Assembly (NCBI GenBank): GCA_016206155.1 | Contig: JACQSC010000004.1 | Location: 7,450-71,449 of the forward strand | Origin: Candidatus Uhrbacteria bacterium | Lineage (GTDB): Bacteria; Patescibacteriota; Patescibacteriia; JACQRZ01 | Direction of reading: 5' to 3' | DNA length: 64,000 bases | Shown here: positions 44,648 through 54,059 of the stretch, piece by piece | Numbering within the stretch: the stretch's first letter is position 1 | Layout of the letters: each line of letters begins with the position of its first letter | Translations under genes and position numbers: made by a program | The notes under the pieces: model-generated | What the model saw: only the letters and a program-made list of their open reading frames with translations | Told to the model about the DNA's origin: nothing | Databases searched by the model: none

Positions 44648-45316
44648 ATGAACAAGATCGTTTTCGCCATTGTTTTATTTACTTTGCTTATCATCCCGTC
44701 CTCGACGACATATGCACAGATAACTGGCGGTGGTTTTGCCACCGATGACCATACTGCCCAAGAAGAAGCGGATGGCAAAGCACTGTGGCGGAAATTGCAA
44801 AATAAAGAAACTGATTGTGCGAGTTTATCGGATGATGATTTCGGTGCCGTGGGGGAATATTTTATGGGACAGATGATGGGTAATGCTCATCCGGCAATGA
44901 ACCGGATGATGGTAGCTATGGTTGGCGAAGATGGGGAAGAGCAAATACATATCGTTATGGGCGAACGTTTGAGCTGCTGCGATACATCGGCGATAGTTCC
45001 ATCGCAAGCAATAGGATTTATGCCGATGATGTCTATGATGATGGGGGGATGGTCGTCTCCTTTTAATAATAATTCAACAAGCAATATGATGAACTTTGGG
45101 TTTGGGTCTTTTGGTTCTTTTGGATTTATTTTTATGATTCTCTGGTGGGTTCTGATCATCGTCGGTATTGTCGCGCTTATCAAATGGCTCACGAATCAGT
45201 CGCGCTCCACTCGCGATCAGAAAAAATCAGCGCTTGACATTCTGAAAGAACGATATGCTCGCGGCGAGATAGATAAAAAGGAATTTGAACAAAAGAAAAA
45301 GGATTTGAGTTTATAA
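44648..45316 (+). CDS. Met-rich membrane protein with C-terminal SHOCT domain (putative metal/copper-binding)
   Basis: Signal peptide MNKIVFAIVLFTLLIIPSS, Met-rich motifs (MGQMMGNAHPAMNRMMVAM, MPMMSMMMGGW), TM helix, SHOCT-like ALDILKERYARGEIDKKEFEQKKKDL. Confidence 0.6.
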   Translation: MNKIVFAIVLFTLLIIPSSTTYAQITGGGFATDDHTAQEEADGKALWRKLQNKETDCASLSDDDFGAVGEYFMGQMMGNAHPAMNRMMVAMVGEDGEEQIHIVMGERLSCCDTSAIVPSQAIGFMPMMSMMMGGWSSPFNNNSTSNMMNFGFGSFGSFGFIFMILWWVLIIVGIVALIKWLTNQSRSTRDQKKSALDILKERYARGEIDKKEFEQKKKDLSL

Positions 45317-45435
45317 AAAAGAAACAGCGGTATGCCCAATTTCAACAATGGCAGATTTGCTCAAAATGGTTGAGGAGAGCGATAAGGTGTTGGTTTTTTG
45401 ATTGGCGTTGCCCGCCGATTGCCCATGAGTGAAAA

Positions 45436-45476
45436 AGGGTTCGAGTTCCGCCCTGGCAAATTTGAACAAAGTGAAA
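45436..45476. repeat. degenerate copy (about 38 of 42 nt) of the tRNA-Leu 3' end plus its 20-nt native downstream flank
   Basis: gggttcgagttccgccctggcaaatttgaacaaagtgaaaa compared with 44421..44462. Confidence 0.75.
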
Positions 45477-45487
45477 ACGGAATAAAC

Positions 45488-46525
45488 ATGAACTACATAA
45501 AACCACAACGATTAAAAGAAGGCGATACGGTTGCGATCGTGTCGCCATCGTGGGGAGGACCAAGCGTTTTTCCGGCTGTATACGAACATGGTCTCAAGGT
45601 TTTACTGGCATGGGGATTGAATATTAAGGAGTTCCCTACTGCAAGAATGGATGCCGCCTTTCTGCGGAATAATCCGCGCATTCGCGCACAGGATATAAAC
45701 GACGCTTTTGCCGACACCGAAGTTAAAGCAATTTTCGCCTCCATCGGCGGTGATGATTCCGTTCGGATTTTGCCCTTTTTAGATAAAAAAATTATCGCGA
45801 GTAATCCTAAAATACTGATGGGCTATTCCGACACCTCAACGCTTCATGTTTTTGCAAACCTCCAAGGATTGGCGAGTTTCTACGGTCCCTCAATCATGGC
45901 TGGTTTCTCACAAATGAATAATTTGCCAGTAAGCTTTAAGAACCACGTGAGGGAAATGCTCTTTGAGCCAAAAGAATACTATGAGTATAAGCCGTATCAA
46001 ACATATTGCGATGGCTATCCCGATTGGGCGAATAAAGAAAATCTTGGAAAAGTTAATCCGATGAAGGCAGATGACGGTTGGCACTGGCTCCAAGGAAAAG
46101 CAACGGTTCAAGGAGAGTTATTTGGTGGCTGTATTGAAGTTTTTGAGATGATGAAAGCAACCGAGTTTTGGCCAGCACAGGAATTTTGGAAGGATAAAAT
46201 ATTTTTTCTCGAAACGTCTGAAGAAAAACCGTCAATCCATTATATTGATCACGTGCTGAGAAATTACGGAATGTTGGGTGTGTATGATACCATTAGCGGT
46301 TTCATTTTCTCGCGCGCTAGAGATTATTCGGATGAAGAAAAGAAAGAACTGGAAGAAAAAATAGCTTCAATAATCGCGAATGAGTTTGGAAAACCGGATC
46401 TATCGATTATCGCAAACTTTGATGTCGGGCATACCGACCCTCAAGTGGTATTGCCGCTTGGAGTGAAGGCGGAAATTGATTGTGAGACAAAAAAAATACG
46501 CCTCGTAGAATCCTGGCTGCAGTGA
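45488..46525 (+). CDS. LD-carboxypeptidase (peptidase S66, LdcA/MccF-like)
   Basis: GYSDTSTLH nucleophile motif, S66 length and C-terminal His/Glu region. Confidence 0.85.
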   Translation: MNYIKPQRLKEGDTVAIVSPSWGGPSVFPAVYEHGLKVLLAWGLNIKEFPTARMDAAFLRNNPRIRAQDINDAFADTEVKAIFASIGGDDSVRILPFLDKKIIASNPKILMGYSDTSTLHVFANLQGLASFYGPSIMAGFSQMNNLPVSFKNHVREMLFEPKEYYEYKPYQTYCDGYPDWANKENLGKVNPMKADDGWHWLQGKATVQGELFGGCIEVFEMMKATEFWPAQEFWKDKIFFLETSEEKPSIHYIDHVLRNYGMLGVYDTISGFIFSRARDYSDEEKKELEEKIASIIANEFGKPDLSIIANFDVGHTDPQVVLPLGVKAEIDCETKKIRLVESWLQ

Positions 46526-46600
46526 ATAAAGTGACTATGTCAAAGTCGTTCTGTTTGACATCGATGGCGTGCTCCTTGAGCAATAGCATTAAAGCGCCCT

Positions 46601-47290
46601 ATGCGAAAAATATATTTTCAATACTGCGTTGTTTTTCTTTGTGGCGCGATTGTTGGCAGTGTCCTCATCACGCGATTGCCAAACAGAGCGGCGCCAGCAC
46701 CCGCGCCGAAACCGTCAATTGAAAAAATAACTTTGCCCATTCAAGCATCCGCAAAACGCATTCCTCAAAAAGATAACGTTTCGACATCGCATCAAGATAT
46801 CAAAAAAAGTACAGTCGCAGCTGCAATAGAATCGACTAAGCCCTTCACGCAAGCCTCCCAATACTTCCATGTAACGAAAGTGATCGATGGCGACACCTTC
46901 GATGTTCTCATTAATGGAACCACCGAACGCATTCGACCAATCGGCATAGACTCTCCCGAAACGGTCGATACAAGAAAAACAGTTGAATGTTTTGGCAAAG
47001 AGGCATCAAAAAAAACAACCGAACTTCTCCTCTATAAAAATGTGCGCCTTGAAAAAGATCCAGCGCAAGAAGACCGAGATATCTATGGGCGGCTCCTTCG
47101 CTATGTCTATCGTGATGACGGCCTTTTTTTCAACCAATGGATGATTGAAAATGGCTATGCGCATGAATATACCTACAAAACGCCTTACGCATTTCAAAAA
47201 AAATTCAAAGATGCGCAAACATCTGCGCGAGAACAGGAAAAAGGACTGTGGACGCCCAATGCATGCGCTCCTTCCGGCGACTTGCCGTAA
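46601..47290 (+). CDS. thermonuclease (staphylococcal nuclease homolog), membrane-anchored
   Basis: VIDGDTFDV...RPIGIDSPE...YGRLLRYVY SNase motifs; N-terminal TM. Confidence 0.85.
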   Translation: MRKIYFQYCVVFLCGAIVGSVLITRLPNRAAPAPAPKPSIEKITLPIQASAKRIPQKDNVSTSHQDIKKSTVAAAIESTKPFTQASQYFHVTKVIDGDTFDVLINGTTERIRPIGIDSPETVDTRKTVECFGKEASKKTTELLLYKNVRLEKDPAQEDRDIYGRLLRYVYRDDGLFFNQWMIENGYAHEYTYKTPYAFQKKFKDAQTSAREQEKGLWTPNACAPSGDLP

Positions 47291-47346
47291 ATGGCGAAAT
47301 CAGATAAAATGCCAGCAGTAATTTCATTTTACGTATAGCTTGTTGT

Positions 47347-48777
47347 ATGGCATTCCTAAAAAAAGACCTTCCAAAAAAATCAGAAAATCTCTCCGACTGG
47401 TATAACAATATTGTTCTGCGCGCAGAGCTTGCCGACTATGGTCCGGCAAAGGGAACGATGATCTATCGTCCTTACGGCTTTGCCATCTGGGAGCTGATTC
47501 AAAAGGAAATGGATGCGATGATTAAGGAGAGGGGCGTATCAAACGCCTACTTCCCCCTCTTCATTCCAGAATCGCTACTCAAGAAGGAAGAAGCGCACGT
47601 TGAAGGATTCTCCCCAGAATTGGCTGTTGTCACCATCGGTGGCGGAGAAGAACTCAAAGAAAAACTTATCGTCCGCCCCACCAGCGAAACAATTATGTAC
47701 GATGCATACAGCCGCTGGATTCACTCATGGCGCGACCTTCCATTGATGATCAATCAGTGGAACAACGTGGTTCGCTGGGAAAAAAGAAGCTATCTCTTCT
47801 TGCGCACAACGGAATTTCTCTGGCAAGAAGGCCATACCGCACACGCAACCCATGAAGAAGCATGGGAGATGGTCGAATGGGCGATGAAAATGTACGAGAA
47901 GGTGTATCGCGACCTCTTTGCAATGCCCGGATATATTGGCAGAAAATCCGAGTCGGAAAAATTTGCCGGCGCGGATGTCACACTCACATACGAAGCGCTG
48001 ATGCCGGAGGGCAAAGCATTGCAGTCATGCACGTCGCACGATCTTGGACAAAATTTTTCAAAGCCGTTTGAAATTACCTACCAAAGCGACAAAGGAGTAA
48101 ATGAATATGCGTGGCAAACAAGTTGGGGGCTCTCTACCCGCTCAATCGGCGGCATGATTATGGCCCATGGCGATGATGGCGGTTTGCGACTACCACCACG
48201 GCTTGCGCCAATTCAGGTTATCATTCTTCCGATCAAAGTAAGTGAGGAGTTAATCGCCACCGCAAAAGATATTGGCGACGATTTGAAAAAAGCAGGCATC
48301 AGAACGTTGGTTGATGCGGCGGACAATGAGACCATCGGTTTTCGCATCAATAAATGGGAATTGAAGGGCGTGCCGCTCCGTCTTGAAATTGGCCCAAAAG
48401 AACTCGAGAAGCGCGTCATCACCGTCGTGCGCCGCGATACTGGCGAGAAGACGCAATTACCAATTAAGGGTCTTGAAAAAAGTATTGCCGAAATGCTCGA
48501 TGCAATACAGGCAAATATTTTTGCTGAGGCAGAGCGGTTTCTTAAAGAGAATACGCATGCCACAACAGACTACAAAACATTCAAAGAGGTCATGAAAAAA
48601 TCGCGTGGCTTTATCTCCGCCCCGTGGTGTGAAAACGCGGTGTGTGAGGCGAAAATAAAAGAAGAGACAAAGGCATCAACACGCTGTGTCCCGCTTGACG
48701 GGAGGGAAGAGGACGGCTCGTGCATTGCATGCAACAACCCCGCAAAACTCCGCTGGTACTTTGCGCAAAGCTACTAA
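47347..48777 (+). CDS. proS: proline--tRNA ligase, archaeal/eukaryotic type
   Basis: Class II motifs, about 476 aa, characteristic C-terminal zinc-binding domain ending ...WYFAQSY. Confidence 0.9.
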   Translation: MAFLKKDLPKKSENLSDWYNNIVLRAELADYGPAKGTMIYRPYGFAIWELIQKEMDAMIKERGVSNAYFPLFIPESLLKKEEAHVEGFSPELAVVTIGGGEELKEKLIVRPTSETIMYDAYSRWIHSWRDLPLMINQWNNVVRWEKRSYLFLRTTEFLWQEGHTAHATHEEAWEMVEWAMKMYEKVYRDLFAMPGYIGRKSESEKFAGADVTLTYEALMPEGKALQSCTSHDLGQNFSKPFEITYQSDKGVNEYAWQTSWGLSTRSIGGMIMAHGDDGGLRLPPRLAPIQVIILPIKVSEELIATAKDIGDDLKKAGIRTLVDAADNETIGFRINKWELKGVPLRLEIGPKELEKRVITVVRRDTGEKTQLPIKGLEKSIAEMLDAIQANIFAEAERFLKENTHATTDYKTFKEVMKKSRGFISAPWCENAVCEAKIKEETKASTRCVPLDGREEDGSCIACNNPAKLRWYFAQSY

Positions 48778-48786
48778 CGCAACCAT

Positions 48787-49326
48787 ATGATATACAGTGA
48801 CGATTCGGAGTGGTGGGAAAGTCATATTCTGGCTGTCAACGAAAAAGACACCTACTGGGAAACAACAGACACCTCTGGTCTTGTTTTTTTTATTTTAAAA
48901 AAACATGGCGTCAAGCCGTCTATTGGTGAGACGATCCGTTACTATGGCTCTGGAGCTCCAAATGCAATTCGTGGCGTAGAGATAAACGGAAAACGCTGTT
49001 TCTATGAAACGCCAGAACAATTTGCAGAGCGAATAAAGCCTTCTGTGACCGAAGCGATTCCGCCGCCGACAAGAGAGAATGACACGAATTTCCGAGATTG
49101 TACAATCAAAATTGTACACGATATTGGCTCATATTGGCAGATCAAAGACAATAAAAATTTAACCTATAATCTGCAAAAGGAATTCGGGGTGCAGCCTTTT
49201 CCGGGCGACATCATTCGGTATTACGGCGGATCTGCCATTTATGGCATAGACATCAATGGAAAAAAGATATTTTACGAACCGCTTGGAGATGAAAACGATG
49301 AACCGCGCGAATGGAATTCGCGCTAA
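48787..49326 (+). CDS. hypothetical protein with internal tandem duplication
   Basis: Two copies of the IRYYG(S)GA...GVEINGK..FYE motif. Confidence 0.45.
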   Translation: MIYSDDSEWWESHILAVNEKDTYWETTDTSGLVFFILKKHGVKPSIGETIRYYGSGAPNAIRGVEINGKRCFYETPEQFAERIKPSVTEAIPPPTRENDTNFRDCTIKIVHDIGSYWQIKDNKNLTYNLQKEFGVQPFPGDIIRYYGGSAIYGIDINGKKIFYEPLGDENDEPREWNSR

Positions 49327-49409
49327 TGAATAGTTGCCAATTTTTAATCGCGATATTGATTCCATGGGACATTGTGATAGAATAGATCCATAAACAATAA
49401 CATGATTCT

Positions 49410-49706
49410 ATGCGCGAAGAATCAATGAATGAAGATCAAGGCGAACGCCAGCTTGAAAAAAATCTCGCTGAGACAGAAAACAGATATCGAAACTTATTTA
49501 GTGAATTAATCCTTCCTCAAATCCTCGCACAGCCAACCACTGCTCAGACAACGCATGACATCGCTCTTGTTTTTGAACAAGCGCTTCCCGCAGATCCAGA
49601 GCTGCGAAATCAGCTTCTCGATGCGCTTGAACAAAGAACCAATCTTGTTGAACACTCAATACTTTTGGCGGCGTACGAATCGTGGAGTACGGGGTGGAAA
49701 AAATAG
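49410..49706 (+). CDS. hypothetical protein
   Basis: ORF only. Confidence 0.3.
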   Translation: MREESMNEDQGERQLEKNLAETENRYRNLFSELILPQILAQPTTAQTTHDIALVFEQALPADPELRNQLLDALEQRTNLVEHSILLAAYESWSTGWKK

Positions 49707-49763
49707 AACAACCTATCTTGAGACGCGAACATACAGAAAAAATGATTCGTTAATGCTGAAACT

Positions 49764-50090
49764 ATGTTCAACACAAAGCGGCTTTATGAAGAAAATCCTC
49801 ATCTTCTGACGTGCACCGCAAGTGCGCTGGATGTGATGAATGAAAATGGGGAAACAGTCGTTATTCTTGACCAAACGGTTTTTCAACCGCAGAAAGCCGG
49901 AACAGAGACTGGCGTCGGACTTATTGAATCGGAAACAAAACGCTTTCACGTGAACCGTGTTGAACGGCTCGAGGATTATATTCGCCATCTTGGAGTGTTT
50001 GAGTCTGAACCGTTTGAAGTTGATGAGGTTGTCACATGCATTATCAATGAAGAATTCCGCAAAGAAATTGACGAGAACAGGGTTGATTAA
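49764..50090 (+). CDS. hypothetical protein
   Basis: ORF only. Confidence 0.3.
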   Translation: MFNTKRLYEENPHLLTCTASALDVMNENGETVVILDQTVFQPQKAGTETGVGLIESETKRFHVNRVERLEDYIRHLGVFESEPFEVDEVVTCIINEEFRKEIDENRVD

Positions 50091-50308
50091 TAGATATCAG
50101 AGTCGTTTCAACGGCTAAGTCGATTTTAGCCATTGAAGCAGTGTGCCATTTTAACATTTTGAACTTTCATTTTGATTTATACTTTCAAGAACTCACAAAA
50201 TTGTCTGAAGAATCGTTTCTTTAAGTTATCCACTTCCATTTGTTATACACCAGTGTAATCTTCTACTCGATGAAGTAAGTATGTTTCCCCATGCGCATAC
50301 TTGCAATG

Positions 50309-50338
50309 AAAAAAGCTCCGCGCAAGCGGAGTTTTTAT
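50309..50338. terminator. bidirectional rho-independent terminator downstream of pilB
   Basis: gctccgc-gcaa-gcggagt stem flanked by A-run and T-run. Confidence 0.7.
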
Positions 50339-50351
50339 TATCTTTCATGCT

Positions 50352-52034
50352 TTAATCGGCGACAGAAAACACTTCATCAACGGACGTAATTCCCTCCAAC
50401 GCGCGCAGGAGACCATCCTGAATCATGGTGACCATGCCATTCTTAACCGCGATATCCTGAATCTGATATTCAGAAGATGATTTTGCCAGTATGAGTTGCT
50501 CAATATCAGGGCTCATGACCATGATCTCATAGATACCGATGCGCCCCTTATACCCAAGGCCATGGCAGGTATCACAGCCTTCTGCCTCAAAAAAAATAAG
50601 ATGTTCCATATCAACCTTTACACCGCTTTTTGGCGAAATGGCGAACAACTCTTTTCTGATACGATCGATTGTTTCCCGCTTTGGTACCGCAGATTTTTTA
50701 CAGCTCTGGCACAGACGCCGCACCAAACGCTGTCCGATAATGGCGTTGAGTGATGGCGCAAGCAAGAACTCTCGAACCCCCATGGCAAGGAATCGCGGAA
50801 CCGCGCCCGCGGCGCTGTTCGTGTGAATCGTTGAGAGTACGAGATGCCCGGTGAGCGCCGCGTTGATCGCGGTGTCAGCCGTTTCCAAATCTCTAATTTC
50901 GCCAACCATAATAATATCGGGATCTTGGCGCAGAATCGATCGGAGGCCTGTTGCAAAAGTGTAGCTTTTTGAGGTATCAATTTGACTTTGATTAATTCCT
51001 CCGAGCTTATATTCAATAGGATCCTCAAGGGTGATAATCTTAATCTCGGGCGTATTGAGATAGTTTAAAATCGCATACAGCGTTGTGGTTTTACCAGATC
51101 CGGTCGGTCCGGTCGTAATAACCATGCCGTTTGGCTTATCAACCTGACTCTTGAGAAGCGCGTTGGCATACGGAGACAGCCCCAAGTCCTCAAAGCTTAA
51201 CCCCGCTGCCGTTGAACGCAGGAGACGCATGACAACGCTTTCCCCATACCCTGTAGGAAGCGTTGATACGCGAACCTCCACCTTGTCATTTTTAAAATGA
51301 ATCGTAAACCGTCCGTCCTGAGGCCGATCAATAATATTAATTTTTAGCCCTGCGGTAAGCTTGACGCGCGAAATGAGCTGCTTCCACAAATCAGGAGAAA
51401 GCTCGGCAACGTCATGAAGAATTCCGTCAATGCGCAGGCGCGCTTTAATATCCTTCTCTTCTGCTTCGATGTGAATATCGGACGAACGCGTCGCAAGCGC
51501 AACGGCAACGAGAATGGTGATAATATCTGTAACATTTTTGTCGGCAAGCCTCTCCTTAAGCGTCCGAATGTCGGCATATTCATCACCGTAAAGCTCAAGG
51601 TCTTTTTCTGAAATTTCTACACCGCTTGTCTCTTCCTTTATATGCGGTATTTGCGCATAGAGCTTCAAGGCGGAATCAAGGCTTTCCTTCGTGATAACGT
51701 ATACCGAAATGGTGCTGTGTGTTTTTTTTTGAAGGTTTTCAAAAAATGCCTTGAGGTCTTCGTTGTACGGATCAAGAACGGCGACGCGCTTCTCCTCAAT
51801 TTCTGAAGAAAAGCACACAACACCCAGAGCGCGCGCGTCCTCCTCAGAAATGAGCTCGAGCGCGTTTGAGGGAATCGGCATACCCACAAGGGAAATGTAT
51901 GGCAAACCGGAAGAATAGGCGAGCATCTGCGCTTCTTGCGCTTTTTGCTTAAGAGCAAGGTGCGCCATCTTCTGCTGGAGCCTCTCCTCGGCGCTAGAAA
52001 ACCCTTGCGCTGACGTGATCGTATCATCAGGCAT
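50352..52034 (-). CDS. pilB: type II/IV secretion system ATPase (GspE/PilB family)
   Basis: T2SSE_N domain, Walker A GPTGSGKTTTLYA, Asp box, His box, Cys4 motif. Confidence 0.9.
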   Translation of the reverse strand: MPDDTITSAQGFSSAEERLQQKMAHLALKQKAQEAQMLAYSSGLPYISLVGMPIPSNALELISEEDARALGVVCFSSEIEEKRVAVLDPYNEDLKAFFENLQKKTHSTISVYVITKESLDSALKLYAQIPHIKEETSGVEISEKDLELYGDEYADIRTLKERLADKNVTDIITILVAVALATRSSDIHIEAEEKDIKARLRIDGILHDVAELSPDLWKQLISRVKLTAGLKINIIDRPQDGRFTIHFKNDKVEVRVSTLPTGYGESVVMRLLRSTAAGLSFEDLGLSPYANALLKSQVDKPNGMVITTGPTGSGKTTTLYAILNYLNTPEIKIITLEDPIEYKLGGINQSQIDTSKSYTFATGLRSILRQDPDIIMVGEIRDLETADTAINAALTGHLVLSTIHTNSAAGAVPRFLAMGVREFLLAPSLNAIIGQRLVRRLCQSCKKSAVPKRETIDRIRKELFAISPKSGVKVDMEHLIFFEAEGCDTCHGLGYKGRIGIYEIMVMSPDIEQLILAKSSSEYQIQDIAVKNGMVTMIQDGLLRALEGITSVDEVFSVAD

Positions 52035-52045
52035 ACCAATACCAA

Positions 52046-52165
52046 AAAGAATGAAGAATCAAGAATTAAGAATTAAGAATTAAGAATTAAGAATTAAGAA
52101 TTAAGAATTAAGAGGACCCATGATATGCCTTGCTTCGTAATTCTTACTTCTTAATTCTTCATGAT
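52046..52165. repeat. (AAGAATT)x7 tandem repeat followed by an inverted partial copy (hairpin-forming), between ftsH and pilB
   Basis: Direct reading. Confidence 0.9.
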
Positions 52166-52198
52166 TGCAATGAATACAAACCATGAGAACAGAGCTTG

Positions 52199-54031
52199 TT
52201 ATTCAGATGATTCGTTCGCCTCTTTTGCAAAGAGTGCATCAAACTCCTCCTTTTCAAGCATTTCCTTCTCTAAGAGTAATTGTACCAGAGATTCAAGCTT
52301 TTCTCTATGGGTATTCAAAATATCTTGAGCTGTGCGCGCCGCCTCTTCTATAAATGCGTTCATCTCCTCATCAATGCGTTCGGCGGTCTTCTCGCTGTAA
52401 TCTCTCTGTTCGGTAATCTCTCGTCCCAAAAATATCATCTCTTCCTTCTCGCCAAACGTGCGCTGTCCAAGCGCGCTCATACCATACTGTGTCACCAGCT
52501 TGCGGGCAATGCGGGTTGCTTTCTTAAGATCATCGCTCGCACCAGTTGTCACGTCGCCAAAAATTGTTTTTTCTGCGGTATATCCGCCAAGAAGCACCGC
52601 GAGTTCCGCCTTAAATTCAGAACGATTCTTGAATATCCTGTCTTCTGTCGGAAGGTTCAACGTGTACCCTGCCGCATGGCCGCGAGAGATGATGGAAATT
52701 TTCTGCACAGGCGGTGCGGCAGGAAGAATATGTGAAACAAGCGCATGGCCACCCTCGTGGTAGGCGGTAATTTTTTTCTCTGCATCAGACATGAGTCGTC
52801 CCTTCCTCTCCGGACCCAAGATAACTTTCTCAATGCTTGAAAGTATGTCGGGCATCGTAATGATGGCGCCATTCTTGCGCGCAACAAGAATCGCCGCCTC
52901 GTTCAAAAGATTGGCAAGATCGGCGCCGGAAAATCCAGGGGTGCGGCTTGCGATACGATTAAAATCTACATCTTGTGCCAGCGGCTTGTTGCGCGCGTGC
53001 ACCTTAAGAATCTCTTCGCGATCCAGAATCATTGGAAGATCAATAATCACCCTGCGATCAAATCTTCCGGGACGCAGAAGCGCGGGATCAAGCACGTCAG
53101 GACGGTTGGTCCCGGCAAGCACAACGACATTATCGGTTGGATCAAACCCATCCATCTCCACAAGAATCTGGTTGAGTGTCTGTTCGCGTTCGTCGTGCGA
53201 TCCGCCAAGACCCGCCCCGCGCTGGCGGCCAATAGCGTCAAGCTCGTCGACAAAAATAATGCACGGAGCATTTTTCTTTGCCTGCGTAAAAAGATCACGA
53301 ACACGCGCGCTCCCGACGCCGACAAACATTTCGATAAATTCAGAACCGGACACGTGAAAGAACGGTACCTCGGCTTCTCCGGCAACAGCTTTTGCGAGCA
53401 GTGTTTTCCCGACTCCCGGCGCACCCATCAACAACACTCCCTTCGGAATCTTTGCGCCAAGATCGTGAAACTTTTTCGGCTGCTTTAAGAACTCAATAAC
53501 CTCTGCAAGCTCCTGCTTTGCCTCTGCCGCACCAGCAACATCGGCAAACGTAATCTTGTTCTTGGTTTCTTTGGGGTCAAATTTTCGCGCGCGGCTTGCG
53601 CCAAATGAGAGAGCGCGCGTATTGGCGCCCTGTACCTGGCGAATCATCAGGAAGACAAAAAAGGCAAGGAGGAGAAAGGGAACAAGGAAAGAAAGAATCG
53701 TGTTAATCCAAAAGTTCTTTGTCTGATCCTCGATCGCCAGCTCTATTTTCCCGGTCTTTTCCGGACTGACATCAAAGTTTTTCAAAAGCGTGCTCAGGGA
53801 TTCGCCGGGCTCCTTGTGGGCAATCTCTTTTTTTCCGTCGGACAGCTCAATTTCCAGCGTCTCGCCTTTGACATCAATTTTTTTCACCTTCTCATCCTTA
53901 ATCTGCGCAATGAGAATCTCAATCCCGACGGTTTCCGGTTTTTGCGGTCCTGCGGTGTAGAGGCTGAAGAACGCTCCGACAGCGATCATCGCGACGAGAA
54001 AAACAATGACGTTTTTTATGATGGGGTTCAC
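52199..54031 (-). CDS. ftsH: ATP-dependent zinc metalloprotease FtsH
   Basis: AAA Walker A/B, SRH, HEGGHAL zinc motif, two N-terminal TM helices. Confidence 0.95.
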   Translation of the reverse strand: MNPIIKNVIVFLVAMIAVGAFFSLYTAGPQKPETVGIEILIAQIKDEKVKKIDVKGETLEIELSDGKKEIAHKEPGESLSTLLKNFDVSPEKTGKIELAIEDQTKNFWINTILSFLVPFLLLAFFVFLMIRQVQGANTRALSFGASRARKFDPKETKNKITFADVAGAAEAKQELAEVIEFLKQPKKFHDLGAKIPKGVLLMGAPGVGKTLLAKAVAGEAEVPFFHVSGSEFIEMFVGVGSARVRDLFTQAKKNAPCIIFVDELDAIGRQRGAGLGGSHDEREQTLNQILVEMDGFDPTDNVVVLAGTNRPDVLDPALLRPGRFDRRVIIDLPMILDREEILKVHARNKPLAQDVDFNRIASRTPGFSGADLANLLNEAAILVARKNGAIITMPDILSSIEKVILGPERKGRLMSDAEKKITAYHEGGHALVSHILPAAPPVQKISIISRGHAAGYTLNLPTEDRIFKNRSEFKAELAVLLGGYTAEKTIFGDVTTGASDDLKKATRIARKLVTQYGMSALGQRTFGEKEEMIFLGREITEQRDYSEKTAERIDEEMNAFIEEAARTAQDILNTHREKLESLVQLLLEKEMLEKEEFDALFAKEANESSE

Positions 54032-54059
54032 GAAAGTTTCAGATTTACGATTTATGATT

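Noticed and set aside
50114-50145. Hairpin caacggctaa-gtcgatt-ttagccattg resembling the rarA terminator (caacggctaaacc/ggtttagccgttg)
   Set aside because: Shared sequence is only about 10 nt. Could be chance. Noted but not called as a repeat family.
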